Virus record (IMG/VR): IMGVR_UViG_3300017963_007659
Coordinates: 32,001-96,000 of that record
Source: a virus
DNA: 64,000 nt
Strand: one strand, 5' to 3'
The position numbers and the translations under genes are program-made. Under the pieces are notes generated by a model, which was not told the DNA's origin, did no database searches, and was given only the letters and a program-made list of their open reading frames with translations. Below are positions 9,375 to 19,864 of the stretch, piece by piece. How positions within the stretch are numbered: position 1 is the first letter of the stretch; every line of letters starts with the position of its first letter.

Positions 9375-10922
9375 ATGGCGAAACAATGGCTTAAGAACTG
9401 TCCTACAGCGAACCCGCAAGTGCAGGCATTTTCTGCCTTTTGGTTCCTACGGCACTGTCTTCGCTACGATGAGGTGCTGACCTCTGGAGCATGGCCTTCT
9501 GAAGATGCTGCGGACGCTGATGGGGTCGTTGTGACAGCAGCTCCGCAAGAGTTCACGACGACCAATGCACACTTCGCTGTTGGAGATGTAGGAAAGCTCC
9601 TCGCTGTCTACGACCCAGCGGAAGTACGCAACACAGGTATCTTCCCCATCGCTGCCTTTACCGACCCTTCAACCATCACTCTTGGCGGCGCGTGTGACTG
9701 GCAGTCAGACGCTGTAGACCTAGAATGGGTCATGTTCGACCCGGCTTTGGCTCCTGCTCTCGACGAATGGGCTGTAGTCACACCTTCTGTCTCTGGCTAT
9801 GACTTCGAGGTCTGGCTGTCTCCTCGCTCTGCTCCGCATGCTGGCTTGGCCTTCCAAGTTGGCCCAACAGGCGGTTGGGTCGATACCGTCACTGGTCCTA
9901 TACCTGGCGGCATACCTGATGGCGACATGGAATTGGGAGGGACGGCAAACTGGACCCCAGGGGGCGCTGCTGCTGTCGCAAAATCCGTGGTTCAAGTCCA
10001 ATCTGGTGTTCGGAGCCTCATGATTCAGTCTTTCGGTCTTGGCTCGGTCGATAGCGCTCCCTTCAATGGAACAATTGACGGTCAGAACTATGACGTCACG
10101 CTCTGGGTCTACAACGCCTCTGGTCAGCCGCTCAACGTCACCCTCTGGGATGGGGCTGGTTGGCAGGTCTATCCTCCTATGCCGGGTCCACCCGCTTGGA
10201 CTCCATACACGTTGAACTTCACGAAGTTGGCAGGCACTCCAGCCTACCTCCAGTTTGTGACAGCACCCTTTGTTCCGATCAACACCTTGTTCTTGGATAC
10301 CGTCGAATTGGTCTCAACCACACCCGCCCACTTCTCGGAACCAGCTACGAACTATGTCAACCTCGACCCAGCATCGACCACGCTGTTTGCGTGCGGAGAT
10401 GACGATCACTGCTTCTTCTGGGATGAAGGTGGAGCTTCAAGAGCCGGTGCCTACGTAGGAAACTTCGAGCCCCTTCACCCGCCTCCGTCTGTCACCTCTG
10501 AGGGGGACTCGCATCCAAGCTGTGTGCTGGGGGTAGACAATGCGGCTCCTGTACTCAACAGGGCCACCGCTCCCGTGACATCGTTTGCACAAGGAGGCTC
10601 AGCTCTTTTCTCCGACAACACTACTGTCGTCACCTGTTACTTGAATGAGTGGCAGACTTCAGACGCTACCGCGACAGATGTCTTCGGAGATGTGAACTAC
10701 TTGACGAACCCGAGAACAACAACAGGAACAGCTTGGGGGACCATGATCATCCATAGGGAAGACCTCACACTAGGACCACGGTCCAAGGCTGTTCGAGGTG
10801 CTCCGAAGAGCATCTATCTCGTGAATGACAACAACTTGAACCGTGCGCTTCTTGAAGGAGACACGGTCTATGTAATACAGAATGGAATGGCTGTCGCTTG
10901 GGACGGCAGTGTTCCTATCTAA
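9375..10922 (+). CDS. Virion structural protein with an inserted CBM4/9-like carbohydrate-binding module
   Basis: Insert PDGDMELGGTANW...QSGVRSL...YDVTLWV...WTPYTLNF...LFLDTVEL fits the CBM4/9 jelly-roll pattern; flanks are paralogous to 7974. Confidence 0.65.
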   Translation: MAKQWLKNCPTANPQVQAFSAFWFLRHCLRYDEVLTSGAWPSEDAADADGVVVTAAPQEFTTTNAHFAVGDVGKLLAVYDPAEVRNTGIFPIAAFTDPSTITLGGACDWQSDAVDLEWVMFDPALAPALDEWAVVTPSVSGYDFEVWLSPRSAPHAGLAFQVGPTGGWVDTVTGPIPGGIPDGDMELGGTANWTPGGAAAVAKSVVQVQSGVRSLMIQSFGLGSVDSAPFNGTIDGQNYDVTLWVYNASGQPLNVTLWDGAGWQVYPPMPGPPAWTPYTLNFTKLAGTPAYLQFVTAPFVPINTLFLDTVELVSTTPAHFSEPATNYVNLDPASTTLFACGDDDHCFFWDEGGASRAGAYVGNFEPLHPPPSVTSEGDSHPSCVLGVDNAAPVLNRATAPVTSFAQGGSALFSDNTTVVTCYLNEWQTSDATATDVFGDVNYLTNPRTTTGTAWGTMIIHREDLTLGPRSKAVRGAPKSIYLVNDNNLNRALLEGDTVYVIQNGMAVAWDGSVPI

Positions 10923-10931
10923 GGACTACGG

Positions 10932-11450
10932 ATGGCGAGCATAACGCTGGTACCTGGAGTTGTCTTCGGCGCGCTTTCCCCAACGTCACCATCGACGTCC
11001 GGACCCGCTAGTGGTGCGCCCATTCTTTGTGGCGATACGCATGCCCTAGCTACCATCACAGGACGGACCCTGCTTGCTCGGAGCCTCGCTGAGGGGCTCG
11101 CCTTCAAGATTGTGACCTTCGCAGTTGGAACAGCGGGTTACGACCCCACAGACCTGACGAAGGCACTTCCTGTGGACAACACCTTGACTACTCTTCCGGG
11201 AGAGATCTTCTCGGATGCAGTGGATTTGGTAGAGACGCCAAACGATACTGGAAGGAGCTTCTACTGTAGATTGCAGCCATCCGAGGCAAACTATGGGCTG
11301 GGAGACATCGGGATTTGGGGACAGATCGTCCACTCTCCAGAGAACCCAGCGGAAGTAGGGACAACGTTCCTGTTCGCTATCGTCAATCAGCCCTTCCAAG
11401 GCAACAACGAGGACTACACCTACATTTACCGTGTAGTTGTGCAGTTTTAG
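10932..11450 (+). CDS. Tail-collar fibre (DUF3751-like) protein
   Basis: TITGRTLLARSLAEGLAFKIVTFAVGTAGY...TL..E..S pattern typical of DUF3751. Confidence 0.65.
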   Translation: MASITLVPGVVFGALSPTSPSTSGPASGAPILCGDTHALATITGRTLLARSLAEGLAFKIVTFAVGTAGYDPTDLTKALPVDNTLTTLPGEIFSDAVDLVETPNDTGRSFYCRLQPSEANYGLGDIGIWGQIVHSPENPAEVGTTFLFAIVNQPFQGNNEDYTYIYRVVVQF

Positions 11451-11458
11451 GAGCTATC

Positions 11459-11959
11459 GTGGCGATTCCAACCATCTCACTCTTCACCGGATGGCCAATC
11501 CTTGGAGCCGTGGGGTCTGGACTATCTGGACCCTCTTCGTCCAGCTACTACGACCTAACAGACGGTGGACGCGAGCTGATGGCTAGAGCGTTGGTGGAGG
11601 GGTTGGCTTTTCAGATTCTTGAAGTGGCTTATGGTGGAGGTGGATACAACTTGTCTGACCCTACGAAAGCTCTTCCAGTGATTACCTCTTCTACAGCTCT
11701 TGACGATGAGAAGCTACGGGAACCCGTGACCTTTGTCAATGTCATCCCAGGCGGTACCTCTGAATACTACTACAGACTCGACAGGGATGAATTGAACGGA
11801 GAGCGTATCGGTGAGGTCGGGCTGTATGCTCAAATCACACGCTCCCCCCTGTTCCCGGCTGAAGTAGGAACTTGGGTCCTTTATGCGCTTATTCATACAC
11901 CCCTTCAAGTAAAGGGGAGCAAGAGAGTGTTGACGGGAAGAATTTCCCTGTCCCTCTAA
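11459..11959 (+). CDS. Tail-collar fibre (DUF3751-like) protein, tandem paralog
   Basis: GTG start with AGGAG SD; LTDGGRELMARALVEGLAFQILEVAYGGGGY is clearly homologous to 10932. Confidence 0.65.
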   Translation: MAIPTISLFTGWPILGAVGSGLSGPSSSSYYDLTDGGRELMARALVEGLAFQILEVAYGGGGYNLSDPTKALPVITSSTALDDEKLREPVTFVNVIPGGTSEYYYRLDRDELNGERIGEVGLYAQITRSPLFPAEVGTWVLYALIHTPLQVKGSKRVLTGRISLSL

Positions 11960-11977
11960 GACTAGGAAGAAGCACTC

Positions 11978-14900
11978 ATGGCAAGTAAACGAGCACTCTC
12001 CCTCCTGACTGGAGTGAATGAACAAATAACGGACTCCGATGTTCTCGTCACAGGGCGAGTACAGACCGTAGACGGCACAGAAGCTGACCCTGCTCTCAGA
12101 TTTCAGAGTGAAGCAACAGGACTTCTTCTCTCTGCGGCTGGAACCTTGGGATTTAGTGTGGCAGGAACACAGTATCTATCTCTGTCTTCGACAGAGCTTA
12201 CGCTGTCTGCTGGGAACCTGAAGCTTCCGGATACTCCAGGTGGAGGAGCGTCAGGAGTTCTAGAATTCAATAATGCTCCTACGATGCATGTATATGGAAC
12301 TACTTCTATATTCGTAGGTAGTAATGCCGGAAACTTCACGGCAGGTGCTGCCACAAATGTGGTGGTTGTTGGGGACGGAGCCCTAGCAGCACTAACAAAT
12401 GGCAACAATACAATCGCTATAGGAGCTGGGGCACTAGTAAATGCAACCAATGGAGCCCTCAATACAATTGCAATCGGTTCAAATGCCGGATCAGGAATAA
12501 CTTCAAGCTCTCAAACTAACATCGTCATCGGTCATGATGCCATGACCGCTGCGGCGAACTTGCAAGAAAATACAATTGTAGGCAATTCAGCCTATCAAGA
12601 TGGAACGAATGGTAGCAATGTTGTTGTAGGCTACAGGGCAGCCTACAACGCAACAAGCTCAAGTCAAAACGTTATAGCCGGAAGTGAGGCAGTAGAAACT
12701 GGAATTTTGACTGGAGATCGTAACGTAATCTTGGGATTTTCAGCCGCTAGAAATGCCACATCAGCAGGCGATAGTGTCTTTATTGGCAATGAATCTGGGG
12801 AAGGAACTACGACAGGACAGCGCTCTGTAGCCGTTGGGGGAGACTCCTTGATGGCAAACAATACAGGGGATGACAACATAGCTATTGGCTATCGTGCCAT
12901 GGCAGATGATGCTATTGTTGCTATTGGGGCGATGTCAAATAACGTTGCCATTGGCACGGAAGCCCTACGCTACATTGAGGCTGCTACAGCAGGAAACGTA
13001 GCTATCGGCTTCAATGCTCTTCGATTAGTCCAAGGGTCTGGAGCAACTACAAATAACGTAGCTATTGGCTATCAAGCAGGATCTACCGCAGATGGAGCTA
13101 ATAGCTGTGTCTACATCGGCTATCAATCTGGGCTAAACAATGCTACAAGTAACAGACTTATCATTGAAAATAGCAATGATATCACTACTCCTCTTATTGA
13201 TGGAGACTTTTCCGGGAAGGTACTAACTCTCAACGCCAAAGTTACTCCAGCAGACGATGCTGCGCGTTCTCCTCTCAATATTACAGAGAGAAGTGCTGCT
13301 CCCACCTCTCCAGCCACGCATGATGTATACATAGACGATGGAACAAATACAGGGACTGGATCACCAGGATTTAGGAGATATACCGGGGCTGGCTGGGAAG
13401 ACATGGGGTCTCTGGCGGCCAGTGGTGCTCTTCCTGGAATCGAACAGATCCTTTTCGTAAACAAAACTTCGGACGGATACACAGCGGACGGGACTATCGC
13501 CAAACCATACAAGACAATTGGAGCTGCGGTGACCGCTGCCACCGCTCTCACTCCAGCCATCGGCAACAGGATTGCAATCTTCATCTATCCAGGTATTTAT
13601 GACGAGACAGTGTCTACCGCTGATGCTTATGTAGAGTTCATTGGCTTAGACAAAGCCTCCACGATTGTTAATCCTACAACGGGACGAGCACTCAACGTTG
13701 GAGATAGCAACATACGCTTCACTAACTTGACCTTTGAAACGACAGACACCAACAGTGTTGTTTACTTTACGGCAGGGAGCCTCTCGGGTATTGAATTTGA
13801 CAATTGTCACTTCTTTGTGAATAATGCTGCTGGAGGAGCTTTCCAGGTCCCACAAAGCGATGTGAGCATAATCTTTAGAGACTGTCATCTACAGCACGTA
13901 GATACGACAGATGACATATACATCGATAATGCTCCAGCCTACGGCGGTAAGGTAGAGTTCTATACCTGCAAGATTGAGGGTCAGGTGCAGTCTTATGACA
14001 AAGACCTCTACATGTATGGATGTCATCTAGAGTGTCTAGCCTCAAGAAACCTCTATGTGCTAGGCGATGCGAGTAAAATAATCCGTATCGTTGGCTGCAC
14101 AATCGAAACACTGGCAGCACATGGTACTCCTGTCTATATTGATACGGCTTGTGACTGGTCTCTGCTTGGCTGCTCTCTTAAGGCGGCGGGTACTGGAAAC
14201 GAGGTCCAAAGTGGAGGAGACTACCCAGGGACAGTGAAAAATTGTGCCATGGAAATTGGCATGGCATCCTCTGTTCGCCTTCTATCTCCAATCCGAAATA
14301 TTGGTGGTTCGGTAGACTTTTATGAGGACTTCCAACAAGCGATTGATTCCATCGATTCTGGAGACCAAGGAATTGTCGTACTACACGAGAATATAACAGC
14401 CACAGAACAAGCAGTAGACTCTGGAGCTACCGTTACCATTAAGGGAAATGGCTACACCCTTACGGCAAGCTCAACATACTGCTTCCGATCAACAGCTTCA
14501 AGCACCTTGATTGTAGACGACCTAAATCTCTCCGGAGGAGGAATAGCTCTCTCCACAACAAGTTCTACAATGAAGCTCAAGAATGTAAATATAGATCAAG
14601 GGAGAATCTCTATTCAAGCGGGTGCAGATGGGAACTCAAAGCTCATCATGGATAGAGTCATCTGTGACAACCCAGAGGCAACCTATCCAGCCCTTGAATT
14701 CGATGACGCAGATGCTTTCGTATATGTATTTGACAGCTATTTGCAGGGGGCCTCTGGTCAGCCTGCAATCCGTTATGATACTGATAACGATAACTTGTCT
14801 ATGGCGAATACCGCCGCGTTCCATGGTGATGGTGGGGCGAATAATCCAATCAGTAACCCAACAGCAGCTACGACCTACAAGAGTCATCACTGTACTTTCG

Positions 14901-15001
14901 GAGTAGCTCCTGAAGACAATGCGAACTTGAGTAATGATATTGATTCTGGACAGCGTTACAACACAATCGATCCGGATGCTGACTACAGTTGGGCATTGTA
15001 G
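11978..15001 (+). CDS. Tail fibre/spike with YadA/Hep-Hag head repeats and a pectin-lyase-like beta-helix
   Basis: Many N.AIG..A 14-aa repeats, then PYKTIGAAV...IFIYPGIYDETV, the start of a right-handed beta-helix; 1007 aa. Confidence 0.75.
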   Translation: MASKRALSLLTGVNEQITDSDVLVTGRVQTVDGTEADPALRFQSEATGLLLSAAGTLGFSVAGTQYLSLSSTELTLSAGNLKLPDTPGGGASGVLEFNNAPTMHVYGTTSIFVGSNAGNFTAGAATNVVVVGDGALAALTNGNNTIAIGAGALVNATNGALNTIAIGSNAGSGITSSSQTNIVIGHDAMTAAANLQENTIVGNSAYQDGTNGSNVVVGYRAAYNATSSSQNVIAGSEAVETGILTGDRNVILGFSAARNATSAGDSVFIGNESGEGTTTGQRSVAVGGDSLMANNTGDDNIAIGYRAMADDAIVAIGAMSNNVAIGTEALRYIEAATAGNVAIGFNALRLVQGSGATTNNVAIGYQAGSTADGANSCVYIGYQSGLNNATSNRLIIENSNDITTPLIDGDFSGKVLTLNAKVTPADDAARSPLNITERSAAPTSPATHDVYIDDGTNTGTGSPGFRRYTGAGWEDMGSLAASGALPGIEQILFVNKTSDGYTADGTIAKPYKTIGAAVTAATALTPAIGNRIAIFIYPGIYDETVSTADAYVEFIGLDKASTIVNPTTGRALNVGDSNIRFTNLTFETTDTNSVVYFTAGSLSGIEFDNCHFFVNNAAGGAFQVPQSDVSIIFRDCHLQHVDTTDDIYIDNAPAYGGKVEFYTCKIEGQVQSYDKDLYMYGCHLECLASRNLYVLGDASKIIRIVGCTIETLAAHGTPVYIDTACDWSLLGCSLKAAGTGNEVQSGGDYPGTVKNCAMEIGMASSVRLLSPIRNIGGSVDFYEDFQQAIDSIDSGDQGIVVLHENITATEQAVDSGATVTIKGNGYTLTASSTYCFRSTASSTLIVDDLNLSGGGIALSTTSSTMKLKNVNIDQGRISIQAGADGNSKLIMDRVICDNPEATYPALEFDDADAFVYVFDSYLQGASGQPAIRYDTDNDNLSMANTAAFHGDGGANNPISNPTAATTYKSHHCTFGVAPEDNANLSNDIDSGQRYNTIDPDADYSWAL

Positions 15002-15010
15002 GAGTAAGAC

Positions 15011-18000
15011 ATGGCAGGTGGTGGACAACTAGGGCATTTCATAGGTTCATTTGCGAACCATACTGAGGCTACCAACTCATTATCTGGGCAAACGGAGGCG
15101 TATGGTCTCATCTATTATAACACCACAAACAGTGCCTTGTATGTTTTAGGCGCTAGTGGTGGGTGGGCTCCTATGGAGAGCCCTTGGGCTCAAGATTCTG
15201 GCTTCATCTATCTTAATACAACGACAGATGATGTAGTTATTGGTGCCTCGTCTCAAGACCCTGATGGTCAGCGCTTTTATATTGAGGACACCTCCTCTCT
15301 TCTCACCTATACGAGCGCTATCAAACTGAAGCATAACAGCGCTGGGAATAAAGCCGGATGGATGGGGCTAAATGTAGAGTCGTACTATGATGGAACAGGA
15401 GGAGGAGGAGATGATTACGTCATTCAATCGAAAGCGGGCTTGCATCCGACCGCTGCTGCTAACTATTCCAGTGTACGCTGCCTCACTGCCGACTGCAATG
15501 TTGGAGCAAATGCTACATTAACCACCTATTATGGCCTTCATATCCCTGGCAATACAATAAGTGGAACCCTCACTACAGGATATGGAATCTTCCTTGGAGA
15601 TGTAGGCGCGTCTACCAGTTGGGGGCTATACCAACAATCCGCGACAGATAACAACTACCTTGCCGGTCCTGTTGGTCTCAACACGACAACTATCGACGGT
15701 GCTGCGCGACTTGACATCGTAGACACGGACGAGACAGCATCTACGTGGGGTGCTCGTATCCGTTTGGATAAGGACGGAGCTGGAACAAAGTCGGTCTTCC
15801 GAGGTGTGGAAGTTCAAATAGACCACGGAGCTTCGGAAGATGCAGGAACCTATATCGGCTACGATAGCGATATCAACTTCGTTGGTGGAGGCACGGAGAC
15901 ACTGACGACAGGATACGGCTTGCGGAGCAGTATGGCTGTGAACACAGCCGGTGACATCGTACAGGATTATCGTGGCATATACCTCGCGGCATCAGGAGGT
16001 TCCGGAGAAATTACAACCTCTCATGGCATCTATATCGACACTCAGGACCTAAACTCCACCTCGTCTTACGGAATTTACCAAGTCTCTTCCTCTGACGGAA
16101 ACTACTTTGGCGGAAACTTCGGGTTGAGTACTCCACCTACAACCGATACTAAAATTGGTATGGTAGACACGGACGAGACGGCTGCTACATACGGAATTCG
16201 CATTTTACTGGACAAGGATGGGGCGGGGAAGAAGACATCCTGGGTCGGGGTAGAATCAGGAGTTGACCACTCCGGAGCAGCAGCAGGTGGAAACTATTAC
16301 GGTTTCGAGTCTGACCTCGATTTTATTCCTGGAGCAGCACAAACTCTAGACCTCGGTGTCGGATTCCGCAGTCTCCTTAGTACTGGAGCAACTGACACAG
16401 TCACGCAGTATATGGGTCTATTTGTGGAGGAGCCCACAGGAACAGGAACAATTACAACGGCTTTTGGTGTACGTATTGGAGACCTAGGAGCCACAACGAG
16501 TTACGGTATTTACCAATCCGGAGCTAGTATGATCAACTTCTTCCAGGGAGTCATGGCGCTAGGCACCACGACAATCTCTGGGAAGAAAGCACTAATCCAC
16601 GTCAAAGATGAAGAAAACATTGGAACTGGACTCAGTGTCAACTTCCAGAAGAGCGGCACAGACCAATCAGAATGGACAGGCATTAGCAGCGGCTGCACCT
16701 ATACCGGCGCTGAAGGGGCAGGATCTTTGGTGGCGTATACTGCTCCACTTCAAGTCAATACAGCAGCAGGGGAAGCTTTCACCCGTCTCGTCGGGTATCG
16801 AACGGAATTCGAGGTTGGAGGAAATGGAGAAACCATCTCTGAAATCATCGACTTCCATGCCGCCTATAGCGAAATAGATGGTACCATCACATCTTACTAT
16901 GGCTTGAAGGTTGAGGATCCTTCGCCTCTAACAACCATCACGAATAGCTACGGTGTGCATATCGAGAGCATGAGTGGCACGACGACGAGCTATGGAATCT
17001 ATCAAGATGGTACTTCAGATGACAACTACTTCGCTGGAGACATCGGACTTGCTGTAGCGAGTCCTTCTGCGAAGATTGATATTCTTGAAGAGAACTCTCC
17101 TACACATACCTATGGGCTCCGGGAGAGATACAATGTCTCCTCTGGGACAGGTGCTCTCTATTATGGAGCCTACCTTTCGCATGTTTACAACAGTGGCTCT
17201 ACTATCTCTACGACTCAACGCGGTGCGTACATCTACTTCGAGTCGGGAAACGCGAGTACTCAAGTCAACAATGCGAGAGGTGTTTCTGTTCACTTCATAG
17301 CGAATGCTGGGAGCACAATCTCCGATTTCCGCTGCTTCGAGGCTGGTTTAGGTGTTGGAAGCACAGGCACGGTCACCGACGCTTATGGGCTCTATATCAA
17401 CGACATGGGCGAAAACACCACCACCACTACAGCGTATGGGATCTACATCGAAGACCAGACGGGCACGACCAATTATGCGCTCTACTCCGCTGGTACAGCC
17501 GACAGAAGCTTTTTCGCAGGAGACCTTCAAGTAGATGGAAATATTGGAATTGATACGACTCCAACAGCAGGAACTCGTGTCTACATTGAAGAGGACGCCC
17601 TCAGTGGCACAACCAATGGAGTCTATACTTCAGTAGCCCCGGGAGGTGTCACAACGAACAAGCTTCACTATGGCTACCGAAACTACATCCTTCAAGGCAC
17701 AGGAGGCTCTATCACAGACTACACCTCCTACAAGAGTGATATCAACATCACAGGAAATCCAACTGCCTCGTCCTTGAAGATTCTCGATGGCGTCATCACG
17801 TTGAATGGTACGTCCATGTCCGCAACGACAGTGACAGGCATCGACGTGCTTCTTGAAGCTTCTGGTGGAGATGCTACGACCATGTATGGGGTGCGGTCTG
17901 AGATTCAAGTAGAAGATGCCTCGTCTTCAGTGTCTACTGCCTATGCTGGGTACTTCGACATTGACGTCACTTCTGGCTCACTGACCACAGGCTATGGGGT

Positions 18001-18271
18001 CTATATTGCGTCTATTACCGCAGCCTCGAATAACTGGGGCATCTATCAGCTTGGTGCCTCAGATAGCAACTACTTCGCTGGACCAACAGGCTTTGGAACC
18101 TCTTCTATCGACGCGTGTGCCGTTGTAGAATTCAGTTCTACATCAAAGGGAGTGCTTCTTCCTCGCGGGACCTCAGATCCTGCATCTCCTGTAGATGGCT
18201 TGATCTACTACAATACTTCTACTGACAAACTTCGTTTGAGAGCAAATGGTGCTTGGGTCAGCTTGAACTAA
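15011..18271 (+). CDS. Long repetitive tail fibre
   Basis: 1086 aa; six recurrences of YGIYQ....NYF.G..G; Mtd_N-like termini (GLIYYNT...). Confidence 0.75.
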   Translation: MAGGGQLGHFIGSFANHTEATNSLSGQTEAYGLIYYNTTNSALYVLGASGGWAPMESPWAQDSGFIYLNTTTDDVVIGASSQDPDGQRFYIEDTSSLLTYTSAIKLKHNSAGNKAGWMGLNVESYYDGTGGGGDDYVIQSKAGLHPTAAANYSSVRCLTADCNVGANATLTTYYGLHIPGNTISGTLTTGYGIFLGDVGASTSWGLYQQSATDNNYLAGPVGLNTTTIDGAARLDIVDTDETASTWGARIRLDKDGAGTKSVFRGVEVQIDHGASEDAGTYIGYDSDINFVGGGTETLTTGYGLRSSMAVNTAGDIVQDYRGIYLAASGGSGEITTSHGIYIDTQDLNSTSSYGIYQVSSSDGNYFGGNFGLSTPPTTDTKIGMVDTDETAATYGIRILLDKDGAGKKTSWVGVESGVDHSGAAAGGNYYGFESDLDFIPGAAQTLDLGVGFRSLLSTGATDTVTQYMGLFVEEPTGTGTITTAFGVRIGDLGATTSYGIYQSGASMINFFQGVMALGTTTISGKKALIHVKDEENIGTGLSVNFQKSGTDQSEWTGISSGCTYTGAEGAGSLVAYTAPLQVNTAAGEAFTRLVGYRTEFEVGGNGETISEIIDFHAAYSEIDGTITSYYGLKVEDPSPLTTITNSYGVHIESMSGTTTSYGIYQDGTSDDNYFAGDIGLAVASPSAKIDILEENSPTHTYGLRERYNVSSGTGALYYGAYLSHVYNSGSTISTTQRGAYIYFESGNASTQVNNARGVSVHFIANAGSTISDFRCFEAGLGVGSTGTVTDAYGLYINDMGENTTTTTAYGIYIEDQTGTTNYALYSAGTADRSFFAGDLQVDGNIGIDTTPTAGTRVYIEEDALSGTTNGVYTSVAPGGVTTNKLHYGYRNYILQGTGGSITDYTSYKSDINITGNPTASSLKILDGVITLNGTSMSATTVTGIDVLLEASGGDATTMYGVRSEIQVEDASSSVSTAYAGYFDIDVTSGSLTTGYGVYIASITAASNNWGIYQLGASDSNYFAGPTGFGTSSIDACAVVEFSSTSKGVLLPRGTSDPASPVDGLIYYNTSTDKLRLRANGAWVSLN

Positions 18272-18291
18272 AGTTCAGATAAAGGAAAGTT

Positions 18292-18531
18292 ATGGCACAA
18301 CAAAAAAGTACATGGGTTACCCATGACGGCAAGAAATTCGATTCAGAACAAGATGCAAGCACTTGGGAAAACAATCAGGTCACAGCACTGGAAACCTGGA
18401 TCACGGAGAATCTCTCCGATATTCCAGTAGGGATACGGAACATAGTAGCAAAAGCTCTAGCAGAGAATATTACCAATATCTCTGAGATCATGAGGACAGC
18501 CAACCGAAGCAGTGGGCATACTCACGATTAG
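18292..18531 (+). CDS. Hypothetical protein
   Basis: 79 aa; AAGGA SD; T.DGK.FDSE.DA..WE motif common in small phage proteins. Confidence 0.65.
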   Translation: MAQQKSTWVTHDGKKFDSEQDASTWENNQVTALETWITENLSDIPVGIRNIVAKALAENITNISEIMRTANRSSGHTHD

Positions 18532-18552
18532 GGCTATTTCTTTCAAGATAAA

Positions 18553-18562
18553 CTAGTCAAAG
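18553..18562 (+). promoter_or_regulatory. Candidate middle-promoter motif CTAGTCAAAG
   Basis: Exact decamer, intergenic, upstream of 18593. Confidence 0.65.
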
Positions 18563-18592
18563 TACATAGCTAGAGAAAAGGAGCTTGATCGT

Positions 18593-18922
18593 ATGAGTGA
18601 TTCTAAAGCCAGAAAGCAACCAGAAGCCCCTAACTACACCTTGTCCCCAGAAGACGCACAGGTCCTCAACGACGTTCTTACACGTCAGCTTCATGTCTCC
18701 GCAGAACACAGTCAGGTACGTTTGCGCTTTCTTGCCCTCACAAAGGAGTACGAGAAAAGTGCAGCCTCCTTGAAGGAACAAGAGGAGCAGCTGACTGAAG
18801 TCCTGAAAGGGCTCAACCATGAGCAGACAACAACCTTGAAGCAGTTGGCTGCCCGCATGCAGGTCCCCGAGGGATACCATCTGAACATTGACACCATGAC
18901 TTGGGAAGCCCAGCAACAGTAG
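18593..18922 (+). CDS. Small coiled-coil hypothetical protein
   Basis: 109 aa; AAGGAG SD. Confidence 0.7.
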   Translation: MSDSKARKQPEAPNYTLSPEDAQVLNDVLTRQLHVSAEHSQVRLRFLALTKEYEKSAASLKEQEEQLTEVLKGLNHEQTTTLKQLAARMQVPEGYHLNIDTMTWEAQQQ

Positions 18923-18950
18923 CCCTACCCTCTACCTACCGACGGGGAAC

Positions 18951-18958
18951 GGTTATCT
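18951..18958 (+). promoter_or_regulatory. Candidate late-promoter motif GGTTATCT
   Basis: The 12-mer CGGTTATCTGAA is identical to the one at 30690; 11 nt before ATG 18968, which has no SD. Confidence 0.5.
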
Positions 18959-18967
18959 GAAAGTGTA

Positions 18968-19825
18968 ATGATTCCCCAAACCAATACACCAGAACGCCTT
19001 CAGAAAGTGGCTCTCCTTCTCGCAGAGGAAGGCTATCATGAAGAAGCTGCTGAAATTCTCGCACTTAGAATGCCTCTTCGCGGTCGAGATCCACTAGAGC
19101 TACTCAAGTCGAAGTTCAAGTACTGGACGCAACAACGAAAGCGCCGGCAGTATCTAGACAATCTATGGCCAGCTTTCGAGACCGTCTACAATAGGATTGA
19201 AGCAGTACCCCTTCGTACAAAAATCCCCGGATTCTATGTAGACGACCCTAACGCGTTATACAAAGAGCTGAAGTCAATGCCAAAGAGGTGGCGCGAGCTT
19301 CCAGCCGGGGGTGCTCGACGTCTTTTCGTCACGAAGAAACGTCAGATGGACACCAAGGGGCTCTATCCCCGGGGAGACCTCGTCTTGGCTCTCCTCCTGG
19401 AGAGGAAGTTCGCTTGGATTTTCTTCGCTCATAGAGCAGCCCTAACGGCTCTCAAAAACCCGAAGCTCAAGGCTAAGGCCAAGAACCTAACGAACCTCTT
19501 CGTCATTCCTGGACGTACTGAGTTCACACAGGAGGGGGAGAGCAACTACATCTGGCACGCTGGAGACGGAGCGTCTCCCTACCATACCGTAGTCTCTCTT
19601 AAAGAGAAGACGCCTGGCTACAAGTATCACCTCGAACTGGACATGGACATCGACGACTTCATTCGTTGGTACGACTACCAGTATTCGAGGGGACGTGTTG
19701 GAGACGTTCAGATTTATGGGACCTCACAGCTCCACGAAGACGACCGAAACAAGCTTGAACTGTGGCTCAAGAAGAATGGCGTCCACTATATGATGCGTCC
19801 GGATACACAGCGAGTGGACGGTTAG
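18968..19825 (+). CDS. Hypothetical basic protein
   Basis: 285-aa ORF, no recognised motif. Confidence 0.7.
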   Translation: MIPQTNTPERLQKVALLLAEEGYHEEAAEILALRMPLRGRDPLELLKSKFKYWTQQRKRRQYLDNLWPAFETVYNRIEAVPLRTKIPGFYVDDPNALYKELKSMPKRWRELPAGGARRLFVTKKRQMDTKGLYPRGDLVLALLLERKFAWIFFAHRAALTALKNPKLKAKAKNLTNLFVIPGRTEFTQEGESNYIWHAGDGASPYHTVVSLKEKTPGYKYHLELDMDIDDFIRWYDYQYSRGRVGDVQIYGTSQLHEDDRNKLELWLKKNGVHYMMRPDTQRVDG

Positions 19826-19864
19826 CTTATAGAGAGCCTAGACCATTGACAAAAGAGTGAGATC

